Assembly: GCA_965228875.1 (NCBI GenBank)
Contig: OZ245843.1
Span: 3,082,616 to 3,146,615 of the forward strand
Direction: 5' to 3'
Length of the DNA stretch: 64,000 nucleotides
Source: Thalassobaculaceae bacterium
GTDB lineage: Bacteria; Pseudomonadota; Alphaproteobacteria; Thalassobaculales; Thalassobaculaceae
Position numbers and translations under genes: made by a program. How positions within the stretch are numbered: position 1 is the stretch's first letter; each line of letters opens with the position of its first letter. Positions 12,565 to 21,882 of the stretch are shown in pieces. The notes under the pieces are model-generated. The model did not search any database, had not been told where the DNA came from, and saw nothing but the letters and a program-made list of their open reading frames with translations.

Positions 12565-13419
12565 TCAGAGAAGCTCCTCGACGACGAACCGCCGTGCGTA
12601 CCGTCCGGGCAGGTTGTTGACGATCGGCGCACTCTCGGCCAGCGCCCCGTAGAGCGTGTGACGATGGGCGTGGGTCAGGTCCTCCGGATCGGCGATGACG
12701 AAGATGTCGCCGCCCTTGCCCTTGAGGCGTTCGAGCTCGTAGGCGTGGCCGAACATCTCGTCCTTCTCGAGATGGTCGATGGTGAACCGCATCCGCCTGT
12801 ACTTCGGGCGGGCGTTCACGTAGGCCTGTCCGCCGCGCGAACGCCGGACCTCGCTCTCGTCGACCTGTTCGATCGACCAGCCGTACTGCAGGTTGATGGT
12901 GGGCTGCCACGCCGGCCCGGCGACGAGCCGGCCCGCCTGCAGGTAACCGGCAACGTTCCCGGCGTCGTCCAGATCGATCCGCAGGTGGCGCGCCCTGACG
13001 GCGGCGTCGATCGGCAGGATCGCCTGGGCGCCGTAGGTCTCGATCTCGCCGGCGCCGAACCGTCCGCCCCAGTTGAACTCGCCCCACTGACCGACACCGA
13101 ACGGCACGGCCGCCGGCCAGATGCCGACGACACCGGAGTCGTAGATCGGCTCGGCCAGGGACGGCTCCGCGCCGAGCCGTACGCGCCAACGCCCGCTCTG
13201 TGTCAGGTTGTGCCGCAGCAGGGCGACGAAGCGGATCGGCATCGTCTCTCCGAAGTCGAGGGAGACGGTCGTTGCCGACGGATCCGTCCCGACCGTACGG
13301 GCCGGCTTGGACGGCTGGGGGTCGGCGAGATTCGCCGCCGGCAACGACCCGCTCCAGACACCGCCGGAGAGCGTCGCCGTGTCCACGTGGTTACGATAGG
13401 CGATCAGGATGCTGGCCAT
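12565..13419 (-). CDS. Putative distal tail/baseplate protein
   Basis: ALLRHNL, RHLRIDLDD, YLQAGRLVAGPAWQP motifs typical of siphovirus tail-tip genes after the tape measure. Confidence 0.65.
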   Translation of the reverse strand: MASILIAYRNHVDTATLSGGVWSGSLPAANLADPQPSKPARTVGTDPSATTVSLDFGETMPIRFVALLRHNLTQSGRWRVRLGAEPSLAEPIYDSGVVGIWPAAVPFGVGQWGEFNWGGRFGAGEIETYGAQAILPIDAAVRARHLRIDLDDAGNVAGYLQAGRLVAGPAWQPTINLQYGWSIEQVDESEVRRSRGGQAYVNARPKYRRMRFTIDHLEKDEMFGHAYELERLKGKGGDIFVIADPEDLTHAHRHTLYGALAESAPIVNNLPGRYARRFVVEELL

Positions 13420-13424
13420 GTCCT

Positions 13425-14942
13425 CTACCCCCATAGATCCAAGGCGATCTCATTCATCGCCGAGTCCTCGACCATGCCGACGATCACCAGATTTCGCCCG
13501 GTCCGCAGCCCGTGCCGGGGGTAGACGAGCGTGACCGTCTGTCCGAGTTCCAGCGCGAAGGGCTGGGTCTTGACCAACACCCGGAAAGCGACGCGGCCGG
13601 CCCCGAACAGGGTCAGCAGCCGATTGGCCTCCGCCGCAGCGTCCGCCGGATCGACGAGCAGGGTGGAGACCACGGCCTCTTCGGCCAACGGGTGGCGCTG
13701 GCGCACCGCCTCGTCCTCCGCCGCCTCCACCCGCACCGGCTCCGCCAGGTCCGCGCGCGCCTCCTCGCCGACGGCGCCGGCGATCGCGCCCGCATCCAGC
13801 GTCCGCCAGTACCGCCGGTACTCGACACCGTGTCGCCAGACCGGTCGCGCCAGCGCCAGACGCTCGATCTCCAGGATCTGGGTTTCGTCGAACCGCGCCG
13901 CACCGACCGCGGCCGGCGGCTCCACGCGCCCGATCGTCAACCGGCCGGACCGGTCGAACCCGTAATGGGCGCCGATGCTGTCGGCCAGCGCGTCGAGAAC
14001 TTCAGCCAAGGAACGCCCCTCGCGCACCCAGACACCGGCGACGGCGCGATGGCTGGCGTCGAACGCGGCGAACCCCGCGGCATCGACGTCCAGGGGAGAC
14101 TGTACCGTCGCCCGCGTCGTCACCAGGCGCCGGATCAGGGCGGCGACCGTCTCGACATAGCCGTCGGCGGTCCGGTCGCCGCGCACGTCCGCGGTCACCG
14201 TGCCGGCGGCCGACGCCCCGAGAGTGAACAGGCCGGCCGCGCTGTCGACCGCGAACTGCCCGGCGGACGGCACTCCGGACACCTTGGTCAGCGCCAGCCC
14301 GGAATCGTACACCGTGTCGACATCCTCGATGGCGCCGTCATGAACCTGGTAGGTCAGCGTCGACGGATCGACCAGGATCGCCGGCACGTGATGCACCCTG
14401 CCGAAGGTCAGGGGTTTCTCCCTGTCCTTCAATCCGCTTCGGCCATCCAGGCCGCCGGTGCCGCCGTAGATGCCGCGCCCTATACCGGCCTCGAACCAGG
14501 ACTGGAGATCGCGCAGCCGGATGGTCACGGTCTCGTCGTCGTACTCGAGCCCGTCGGCGGTACCGTCGAAGATCGTGGCGAACTCCGCGTAGGCAAACCC
14601 TTCGCCGCCAAGCAGGACCCGGACCCGGCGCCCGTCGAAGGCCAGCGCGGTCATCGCGTCGAGCCCGCCATCGGCGTTGTTGAGCATCAGCGTTCCGACC
14701 CCCGGAAAGGAACGACCGGACAGACGTCCGCCGGCGAACAGCTGACGCTCGAAGTTCAGCGCCGAGAGCAGTCGCGCGTCGAAATGGGTGTCCGGCGGCA
14801 CGTCGTCCGGCGCGGTGACGAAACCGTCGTCGCTGAAGTGGAACGTCACCGTCACCCCGACCACGGGGTCGTAGGGTTCGACGATCACAAGATACCGTCG
14901 ACGGGCGTGGGTGTCGGCGATGAGATCGTCGAAGGCGCTCAT
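13425..14942 (-). CDS. Putative tail tip/hub protein
   Basis: KPLTFGRVHHVPAILVD, YQVHDG, VYDSG motifs; ATGA-coupled to the tape measure gene. Confidence 0.7.
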   Translation of the reverse strand: MSAFDDLIADTHARRRYLVIVEPYDPVVGVTVTFHFSDDGFVTAPDDVPPDTHFDARLLSALNFERQLFAGGRLSGRSFPGVGTLMLNNADGGLDAMTALAFDGRRVRVLLGGEGFAYAEFATIFDGTADGLEYDDETVTIRLRDLQSWFEAGIGRGIYGGTGGLDGRSGLKDREKPLTFGRVHHVPAILVDPSTLTYQVHDGAIEDVDTVYDSGLALTKVSGVPSAGQFAVDSAAGLFTLGASAAGTVTADVRGDRTADGYVETVAALIRRLVTTRATVQSPLDVDAAGFAAFDASHRAVAGVWVREGRSLAEVLDALADSIGAHYGFDRSGRLTIGRVEPPAAVGAARFDETQILEIERLALARPVWRHGVEYRRYWRTLDAGAIAGAVGEEARADLAEPVRVEAAEDEAVRQRHPLAEEAVVSTLLVDPADAAAEANRLLTLFGAGRVAFRVLVKTQPFALELGQTVTLVYPRHGLRTGRNLVIVGMVEDSAMNEIALDLWG

Positions 14943-17900
14943 GCCGCCCTCCCCGCGCCACGCGATGCGGCGACCACACGTTCCAGTCCCCGACGCAGGG
15001 CGACGTTGTCCGTCCGCATCGCCGCCAACGACGCGGTCATCCGGCGCACCTCCTCGATCAGTTCCGTCAGGCCCTCGTCGTCGCCGGCACCGAGGCCGCC
15101 GTCGTTGGCCGGCCGTGCGATCGTTACCGGGATCGACCGGCCGTCCGGCAGCGGGACAAAAGCTTCCGGCAGGCGCCCCTCCCCGAACAGGGCAAGCTGC
15201 GGGGTGTCGGCGACGCCGCCTCCGCCGTAGACCGAAAGCGGCAGCGGTCCACGGTCCGTCATGATGCCGCCCGCGGCGAACGGCACGGTCTGTTCCAGCA
15301 GATCGACGGCACGGTTGAGGTCGTCCGAGAGTCCCGCTCGGAAGGCGGAGAACCCACCGCCGCCGAAATCGCCGCTGTAGCCCGTGAGACGGGCGATGAT
15401 GCGGTTGCGGGTCGGCGCGAAACCGAAATCCGCCTCCGGATTCGGCAGCCCGGCCACATCGCCCGACAGGTTGCGGGCGATTGCGCGAAGCTCCTCGAGC
15501 TGGGCGCGGGCGACATCGAGCTGCTGCTCGGCGACCGACTGGGTGCCGCCGAGCGCCGCGTCGACCGTATCGAAGATCCGGGCGTAGTCCTCGGTGCTGG
15601 CGTAGAAACCGCGGGCCAGCTGAAGATAGTCCTCGGCCGCCGCCCCGAGCTCGAGTTGCGCCTCCTGGTCGCCGTCCGCCGACCGCCGTGCCAGGGCCTC
15701 AAAGAAGCGCCACGCCTCGTCGAGCTGCTCGGTCGGCGACAGCGTCGAGAGGCTCTGGTCCAGCGCGATCCGCCGGCGCGTATCGGAAATCGTCGCGACC
15801 ACCCGTTCCGCGATGCCCGCCAGGCTCTCCTGCTCCTTGATCTGACTGGCGAGTTCCTGGGTGGCGAGACGAGTCGCATCGGCCAGGGTCAACTGCGCCG
15901 CCGCGTTGTCGTTGGCCGCCCCCAGGCCGACATCGAGTGCCGCGGTCAGCGCCTCCAGCACGAGGGCGTTGTCGGCGAAGGCCGTCTGCAGGCCGTCGAT
16001 CAGAGCGGGCGTCAGCGCGGACGGATCGAACAGCGCCGTCAGATCCTCCCGCAGCACCGCGTCCAGCCCGGAAAGATCGGTGACGCCGAGCGCGGCGCCG
16101 AGCCGGCGGCGGTCCTCGTGATCGGCGAGCCGGTCGGCGATCTCGTCGATCAGGCCGAACCCCTGGCTCTCGCGAACCTCCCGGTCCAGGTCGCCGGTGA
16201 AGTCCTGACCCAGCTCCGCGAAGACGCCCTGAACCATATCGCCGATGGGCCCGAGCGAGGTGAAGGAGCCGCCGAGGGCGTCGATCAGGCCGGCCAGGTC
16301 GTCGGTCCCTTCCAGCAGCGCACCGATCCTGAGCCGGAAGAGCTCCTCCAGGTCGGAGAAATCGGTGACGCCGATGGCGATGCCGTCGTCCCGACGACCC
16401 TCGTACGCGTCGGCAAGGTCGGCGAGGTCGTTTTCTGCCCCGAACCCTCGCGCCTCGCGCAGCTCGTCCGCGATCTCCTCGCCGTAGTCGGCGCGCAGCT
16501 GCTGGACGAGACGCCCGCTCGCTTCCTCGACCCTGGCGGCGACGTCGATCGCGGCGACACCCAGATCGGGAAACGCCTCGGTCGCCGCGGCGATGTCGTC
16601 ATTGATGCGCTCGAGCTCGGCCTCCATCGCCTCGAGGGCGGCCGTTCCGGCGAGCAGCCGTTCCTCGAACGGTCCGACCGCCTCCGGTTCGAACGCCCCG
16701 GCAACGGCAGCGATCAGTGCGTCGACATCCGCCAGGGCGATCGCGAAGGCGTCGCGCACCCGATCCCGGTTGTCGAGATAGTCCTGGCTCGGCCCGGTCG
16801 CCGCCTCGGCACTCTCGGCCAGGGCGTCGATGCCGGTCACCAGGTCCCGCAGCGCGTCGTTGGCGATGGTCGCCCCCTCCGGCGTCAGCACGATCGTCCC
16901 TTCACCCGCCGGCTCCGGGCGCAGGACCGACCCCTCGTCCTGATAGGCGCTGTTGTCGAACCGAAGCGTCTGCCCGGCGACATCGAGACCGATCAGGGTC
17001 CCTTCCCGCTCGTCGTAGACCGGACCGACGCCGGGCTGGAACGAGCGGACACCCTCGTCCTGATGGAAGAGCAGCGTGCTGTCGGTGCCGGGGACCGGGG
17101 TTCCGATCGCACCGACATCCGCCGTCTCCTGCGGGACCGCCACGTGCGGAGCGGGATCGGCGGGAAACAGCGTGGTCACCCGCTCCAGGAAATCGCGGAT
17201 CGCGCCGATGCCGTCGGCGGCAAGCGACCTTCCGGTCTCCTCGATCTCCCGCCGCTGGCGCTGCAGAGCCACGGTGTAGGCGTCAATTCCGTCGCCGGCC
17301 TGGTTCAGGGCGTCGCGCAGGGCACCGAAACGCTCGGCGAAGGCCAGGTCGTCGAACAGCTCCTCCAGGCTCCCGGCAACCGAATGCCGGGCCGCTTCGG
17401 CCACCTCCGCGACGTCCATATCCTCCAGTACCTCCTGGACGATGAACCGCACGGCCTCGGTGATCAGGTCCGCCTCGCTCAGCCCGCGGAACCGGTCGCT
17501 GTCCTCGGCATGGGCGCCGATTATGGCCTTGAAGTTGTACCCGCCGCCCTGCCCGGACCCGTCCTCCGGCGCCGGGAAGTAGCCGATGTCGAACCCGTTG
17601 CCGTTCAAGGCGCCGCCGAAGCGCGAGCGGAACCGATCGATCTCCTCGAAGATCGTCTCGACGGTGGCAACCAGCGCGGCCGGATCGCCGCCGTTGTCGG
17701 TTGTGTAGACGGCATCTCGCGTCGCCGGCGACACCCGGGCGACGGTGGTCGGTCCGACCGACGGCGAGCGGGCGAACAGGACCGGGCCGAGGACCTGCGC
17801 GACAGCGGACGCCGCCGCCAGATAAGGGTTGGCGGCGGCCAGCAGCCCCGACCCACCACCAAGGATACCGCCAAGCGGACCGCTGCCCGAGACGATATCG

Positions 17901-18430
17901 AGGATCGAGGAGCCGACAGTGAGGATGTCGCCGAGGCCGATGCCCCGGCCGCTCGACACCCGGTCGACGATCCCGCCGATGCCGGCGGCCAGTCCCGAAA
18001 TGTCGATCCCCGCGATCTCCCGGAACAGGTCCGTCACCAGCGGGGCGACGGTCTTGAACACCGACGCCAGGCTGATCTCGCCGTCCTGGGCCACCTGGTC
18101 GAACAACTCGGCGAAGGTATCGACGATCCGGTCGCCGAACGCCTCCCAGATCTCCAGGGAGCGGTCGGCGGCAACCGCGTTGCCGGCCACGGCATCCTCC
18201 ACCAGGTCGGTGGCGGTGTCTCCCCCCGGCGGCAGGTCCGGCGCGTCCGGGACCAGGTCGAGCGGCGCCTCGATGCCCGAGGCTACCGTGGCGACACGCG
18301 CCACCAGCCGGCCGAATGCGCCCTCCGCCCGCCCCGTCGCGTCGGCCAGCCGCCTGAGGGCGTTGGCGGCCCTGTCGGCCGCGTCGCTGTCGGCGAGGAC
18401 GAAGGGTCCGTTCGCGATATCCAGTGCCAT
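14939..18430 (-). CDS. Tail tape measure protein
   Basis: 1163 aa, largely helical and Ala-rich; follows tail chaperones; C-terminal FAAGG...LFGEGRLPEAFVPLPDGRSIPV motif. Confidence 0.85.
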   Translation of the reverse strand: MALDIANGPFVLADSDAADRAANALRRLADATGRAEGAFGRLVARVATVASGIEAPLDLVPDAPDLPPGGDTATDLVEDAVAGNAVAADRSLEIWEAFGDRIVDTFAELFDQVAQDGEISLASVFKTVAPLVTDLFREIAGIDISGLAAGIGGIVDRVSSGRGIGLGDILTVGSSILDIVSGSGPLGGILGGGSGLLAAANPYLAAASAVAQVLGPVLFARSPSVGPTTVARVSPATRDAVYTTDNGGDPAALVATVETIFEEIDRFRSRFGGALNGNGFDIGYFPAPEDGSGQGGGYNFKAIIGAHAEDSDRFRGLSEADLITEAVRFIVQEVLEDMDVAEVAEAARHSVAGSLEELFDDLAFAERFGALRDALNQAGDGIDAYTVALQRQRREIEETGRSLAADGIGAIRDFLERVTTLFPADPAPHVAVPQETADVGAIGTPVPGTDSTLLFHQDEGVRSFQPGVGPVYDEREGTLIGLDVAGQTLRFDNSAYQDEGSVLRPEPAGEGTIVLTPEGATIANDALRDLVTGIDALAESAEAATGPSQDYLDNRDRVRDAFAIALADVDALIAAVAGAFEPEAVGPFEERLLAGTAALEAMEAELERINDDIAAATEAFPDLGVAAIDVAARVEEASGRLVQQLRADYGEEIADELREARGFGAENDLADLADAYEGRRDDGIAIGVTDFSDLEELFRLRIGALLEGTDDLAGLIDALGGSFTSLGPIGDMVQGVFAELGQDFTGDLDREVRESQGFGLIDEIADRLADHEDRRRLGAALGVTDLSGLDAVLREDLTALFDPSALTPALIDGLQTAFADNALVLEALTAALDVGLGAANDNAAAQLTLADATRLATQELASQIKEQESLAGIAERVVATISDTRRRIALDQSLSTLSPTEQLDEAWRFFEALARRSADGDQEAQLELGAAAEDYLQLARGFYASTEDYARIFDTVDAALGGTQSVAEQQLDVARAQLEELRAIARNLSGDVAGLPNPEADFGFAPTRNRIIARLTGYSGDFGGGGFSAFRAGLSDDLNRAVDLLEQTVPFAAGGIMTDRGPLPLSVYGGGGVADTPQLALFGEGRLPEAFVPLPDGRSIPVTIARPANDGGLGAGDDEGLTELIEEVRRMTASLAAMRTDNVALRRGLERVVAASRGAGRAA

Positions 18431-18445
18431 GGCGCGCTCCAGGTC

Positions 18446-18811
18446 TCAGGATCGATGCAGGGTCGGTGACTCGGCGGCGCGGCGATGCCGCACACGTTCC
18501 AGGTAGGCGCCGTCCATCGCCCGGATCAGCCGACAGAACTCGGCCGCGTCGGCGATGCCGTGTATCCGGCAGTAGGCTTCCGTCTCCGCCAGGGCGATCG
18601 GGTTCACGATCGATCCGCCAAGGCCGACCGAAACCGACCGGCCGGCCGACAGGACGGCGAAGGCCTCGGCCACGCCCTGCAGATCACCGAACAGCTCCGG
18701 CCGGTCCGTCAGGGCCGCCGGCGCGCGGCCGGTCCGGGCCTCGAGGGTCTTCAGGAATCCGATCCGGTCGCCCCAGTCGAACTCCCACCGCACGACGTCG
18801 CGGAGTTTTTT
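18446..18811 (-). CDS. Tail assembly chaperone -1 frameshift extension (lambda gpT-like)
   Basis: -1 frame KKLRDVVRWEFDWG...FCRLIRAMDGAYL opens at the slippery A-AAA-AAC (18811-18805). Confidence 0.8.
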   Translation of the reverse strand, partial: KKLRDVVRWEFDWGDRIGFLKTLEARTGRAPAALTDRPELFGDLQGVAEAFAVLSAGRSVSVGLGGSIVNPIALAETEAYCRIHGIADAAEFCRLIRAMDGAYLERVRHRRAAESPTLHRS

Positions 18812-19206
18812 TCCGCCGCCTCCAGATCGCGCTCGCGGTAGAGATCGAGCTCGCCCGCCAGTTCGACCACCAGGTCGCGGAAATCGCGGTAGGCCGGATC
18901 GAGCAGCAGGTCGCGGGCGGTCTCGCGGCCGTAGGGCAGCGGCGCACCCGCGTTGGTCAGGCCGCGCCAATCCAGCAGGACGGTCTCGGCCAGGACCTCG
19001 GCGGTGATCCGTTCGGTGACCGAGTCGTCCAGCGTGCCGGCCCGCAGCGCCCGACGGTAGGGCTTGAGCCGCCGCGCCATGGCCTCGCGGTACCGGCGGT
19101 TGCCAATGCGCGCGATCCGGATCTCGGCGCCGGAACCGGCGTCGATGGTGGTCCACACGCCGTCGTCTTCCAATGCGGTGTCGGTCTTGAAACGGCCAAG
19201 GTCCAT
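18751..19206 (-). CDS. Tail assembly chaperone (lambda gpG-like)
   Basis: TDTALEDDGVW, IARIGNRRY, ETVLLDWRGL, ends ...AAEKNS; lies between tail tube and tape measure. Confidence 0.85.
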   Translation of the reverse strand: MDLGRFKTDTALEDDGVWTTIDAGSGAEIRIARIGNRRYREAMARRLKPYRRALRAGTLDDSVTERITAEVLAETVLLDWRGLTNAGAPLPYGRETARDLLLDPAYRDFRDLVVELAGELDLYRERDLEAAEKNSATSCGGSSTGATGSDS

Positions 19207-19312
19207 GTCGGATCCCTCCCGGGGTTCGGTGAGCGGTCGGTTGTGAGGCAGGGGCCGGCGGGCGGACGCGAGGAGATCCGCCCGCCGACCGTCGTCCGGT
19301 CGCGGCCGAAGG

Positions 19313-20482
19313 TCAGGCGGCGAACCGGTCGATCTGAAGCGTGCAGCCCGTCGCGCTGTCGCGCAGGGCCTGGAAGTCGAAATCGGCCATGACGTCGCGG
19401 TCGTTGCCGCCGGCCAGCACGCGGCCGCCGGTGAGCTTCACCTTCGGCAGGGTCACGACATAGGCGTTGCCGTCGCCGTCCTGGACCCGGAACGACAGGG
19501 ACGTCGCGCTCCCCGCCAGGTACTTCTGGTACCAGGCGCCGTCCGAGAAATAGACCGACACGCTGCCGGTGACGGAACAGCGTCCGGCCCCGATGTCCAC
19601 GTTGCCGAGAGCTCCGACGGCCTGGATACCGCGCAGCCCGTTGGCGACCTGCACGGAGAGCGAGCGCAAGGCGGTCCCGGCCAGGACCGCGCCGGCCTCG
19701 CGGACCTCGCCGATGTTGTCGACCGCGTTCATCACGTCGTGGGTCGGCGCCGCGATCGGCGCGCCGCTGCCGACGGAGGCGTCCGCGATCGCCGCCGACC
19801 GCCCGAGGAAGGAGACCGACCCGCGCAGCACCTGGCCGGTCTGGATATCGAGACTGAGTGTGTTCGCCACCATGCCGGTGAAGGCGATGTGCTTGCCGAT
19901 ATCGGTGAACGCCTTCTCCAGGGTGAAGGAACTCTCCGTCACCCCGTTCCGCAGGACCGTTCCGTCGATCGCGACGGTCAGGCCGGATGCGGCTTCGTCG
20001 GTGACGGGCGACGGCGACACGGCAACGCTGTTCGCAGTCACGCCGGTCACCTGGTAGAAGCCGTTGTTGGCGCCACCCGCGGCGGCGAAGCCCGTGACCC
20101 GCAGCCACTGTCCCGCGACGATCCCGGCCGCCACGAAGTCGGTGACCGTACTGGTGAAGGTGCCGCCGGCATTGGAGGCGGCGATGTCGTCGGCCACCGA
20201 GATGGCCACCGGCGTGCCCCATTCCGAGAACAGCGCGCCGGCGAGGAACGGGTCGTGGGCGCCGTAGCTCAACTCGAAGTCGACGTTGCCCGACGCCTCG
20301 GCGCCGACCTGGATCAGGTCCATGACCTGCCGGTCGGAGCGGACCTCGTTGCTGGTCACGTTGCTGATGTTGTAGCCGAGGGTCTCGGCGGTATAGCGCT
20401 GCTGGGTCATCGCCGAGACCGGCGTCGTCCCCCAGACCGTCTCTTTCAGGCTGTAGAGCTGTGCGCGACTGCTGTCGGCCAT
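19313..20482 (-). CDS. Major tail tube protein
   Basis: ETVWGTTP, SNEVRSDRQ, SFTLEK, GRCSVTGSVSVYF, DGNAYVVTLPKVK; AAGGAG RBS. Confidence 0.88.
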   Translation of the reverse strand: MADSSRAQLYSLKETVWGTTPVSAMTQQRYTAETLGYNISNVTSNEVRSDRQVMDLIQVGAEASGNVDFELSYGAHDPFLAGALFSEWGTPVAISVADDIAASNAGGTFTSTVTDFVAAGIVAGQWLRVTGFAAAGGANNGFYQVTGVTANSVAVSPSPVTDEAASGLTVAIDGTVLRNGVTESSFTLEKAFTDIGKHIAFTGMVANTLSLDIQTGQVLRGSVSFLGRSAAIADASVGSGAPIAAPTHDVMNAVDNIGEVREAGAVLAGTALRSLSVQVANGLRGIQAVGALGNVDIGAGRCSVTGSVSVYFSDGAWYQKYLAGSATSLSFRVQDGDGNAYVVTLPKVKLTGGRVLAGGNDRDVMADFDFQALRDSATGCTLQIDRFAA

Positions 20483-20605
20483 GGTGCCGTCTCCTTCGTC
20501 AGTGTGATGGCATTGCGCCCGGTGCTCCGAGGCTTCGGCCACGGAACTGCCCGGTGGGGCTGCCCGGCGGGGCTGATTGGTGGGCGGGTTGGCGGGGCGG
20601 GTCGA

Positions 20606-20965
20606 TCAGCGGCGGACCTGCAGACGGAAGACCGCCGGCCGGTCGCCGGCATAGGTCGCCGTCACCGAGACCACCCGGTAGACGGTGCCGGCGACGATCA
20701 GGCCGTCGCCGGGCGCGGGTTCGATCGCAAGGTGCCGGGCGGCGACCGTGACCATCATGTCGCCGCGGCGCACGGTCCCATCCGGCAAGCCGGATTCGAC
20801 CGCGTCGACGACGCCGTTCAGGTTCGTGTCGACCGTCGTCGCGGTCACAAGCCCGGTCTGCGGATCGTAGCTCGGCACGCCGTCGCGCCTGAGCGTGAGC
20901 GCGGTTCCTGACCGTCCGATCACGCCGGCGGCCATCGCCAGCAGGGTCTCGAGCGGGCGACTCAC
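20606..20965 (-). CDS. Head closure/head-tail joining protein
   Basis: GTG start overlapping upstream TGA; YDPQTG, VRRGD, GDGLIV, FRLQVRR pattern. Confidence 0.7.
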   Translation of the reverse strand: MSRPLETLLAMAAGVIGRSGTALTLRRDGVPSYDPQTGLVTATTVDTNLNGVVDAVESGLPDGTVRRGDMMVTVAARHLAIEPAPGDGLIVAGTVYRVVSVTATYAGDRPAVFRLQVRR

Positions 20966-21432
20966 GCGCGCCTCACGTCGGCGGAGCTGCGGCGGCGGAC
21001 GAGGCCCGAGAGCAGCAGGTCGACATAGGGGTAGATCCGACCGCCGGGCGCGTCGTCGGCGTAGCGGATCTCGATCGAGCCCACGCGCTCCGCCACGATC
21101 CGCCCGCCGCGCTCCGCTTGCGGCGCGAGATCCTGGGACAGGGCGATCCAGGCGAGCTCGGCGCAGGCATGCCGGACGGACGCGGGGATGCCGCCATGGG
21201 TTCGGCCCTCGCCGTCGACCGCGCCTCGGCGCGGCCAGCCGAGCGGCTGATCGGTGGCGGCCAGGCCCCCGATCCAGCGATGGTTGCCGTCGAGATAGAC
21301 GGTCGCCTTCAGCAGGGCGGCCTCGCGTTCGGCGGCGGAGGCCTCGGCCCAGGACGCCACGTTGCGCGCGGCGAAATAGGCATCGGCCTCGGCCAGATCG
21401 ATATAGACGTCGATGCCGGCGGTCACGGTCAT
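20962..21432 (-). CDS. Head-tail adaptor (DnaT-like phage family)
   Basis: YIDLAEADAYF, EAALLKATVYLD, QPLGWPR, IPASVRHACAELA, VGSIEIRY. Confidence 0.8.
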   Translation of the reverse strand: MTVTAGIDVYIDLAEADAYFAARNVASWAEASAAEREAALLKATVYLDGNHRWIGGLAATDQPLGWPRRGAVDGEGRTHGGIPASVRHACAELAWIALSQDLAPQAERGGRIVAERVGSIEIRYADDAPGGRIYPYVDLLLSGLVRRRSSADVRRA

Positions 21433-21452
21433 GGTTGCCTCCGGTGTGTGGG

Positions 21453-21755
21453 TCAGCCGCGCGAACGCCGGCGGCGTCCCCGTTTCGATCGGGCAGGCCT
21501 CGAGCTGGCAGGCTTCCAGCAGGCTGGCTCCGGTCCGGCCGATTTCGGCGGCGGGGCGTCGCCGGCGGACAGGTCCGGGTCCGGGCTCTGGCTCGGCAGC
21601 GGCGGCGGGGCGATGAAGTCGCCATGGCCCAGAAGGCGCCAGTTGGCGTAGCGGGTTTCCTTGCGCGCCAGGTAGTCGTCCTTGTCGACCACGATGGGCT
21701 GGCCGGTCCGGGCATGCTCGAGCACGACCGTCGGCAGGAGTTCGGGATCGGCCAC
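21453..21755 (-). CDS. Small hypothetical protein after capsid with Pro/Arg-rich tail
   Basis: GTG start with GGAGGT RBS; LPTVVLEH...IVVDKDDY. Confidence 0.55.
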   Translation of the reverse strand: MADPELLPTVVLEHARTGQPIVVDKDDYLARKETRYANWRLLGHGDFIAPPPLPSQSPDPDLSAGDAPPPKSAGPEPACWKPASSRPARSKRGRRRRSRG

Positions 21756-21882
21756 GCGGCACCTCCGCAATGATCGGAAAAAGGATCGGGGCCGATCCGC
21801 ACGGGCGGACCGGCCCCGACCAGGGGCCCGGCGGCGGGGAGACCGGCCGGGCGGGAGGGACCTCGGATCGCGACCAGGCGCG

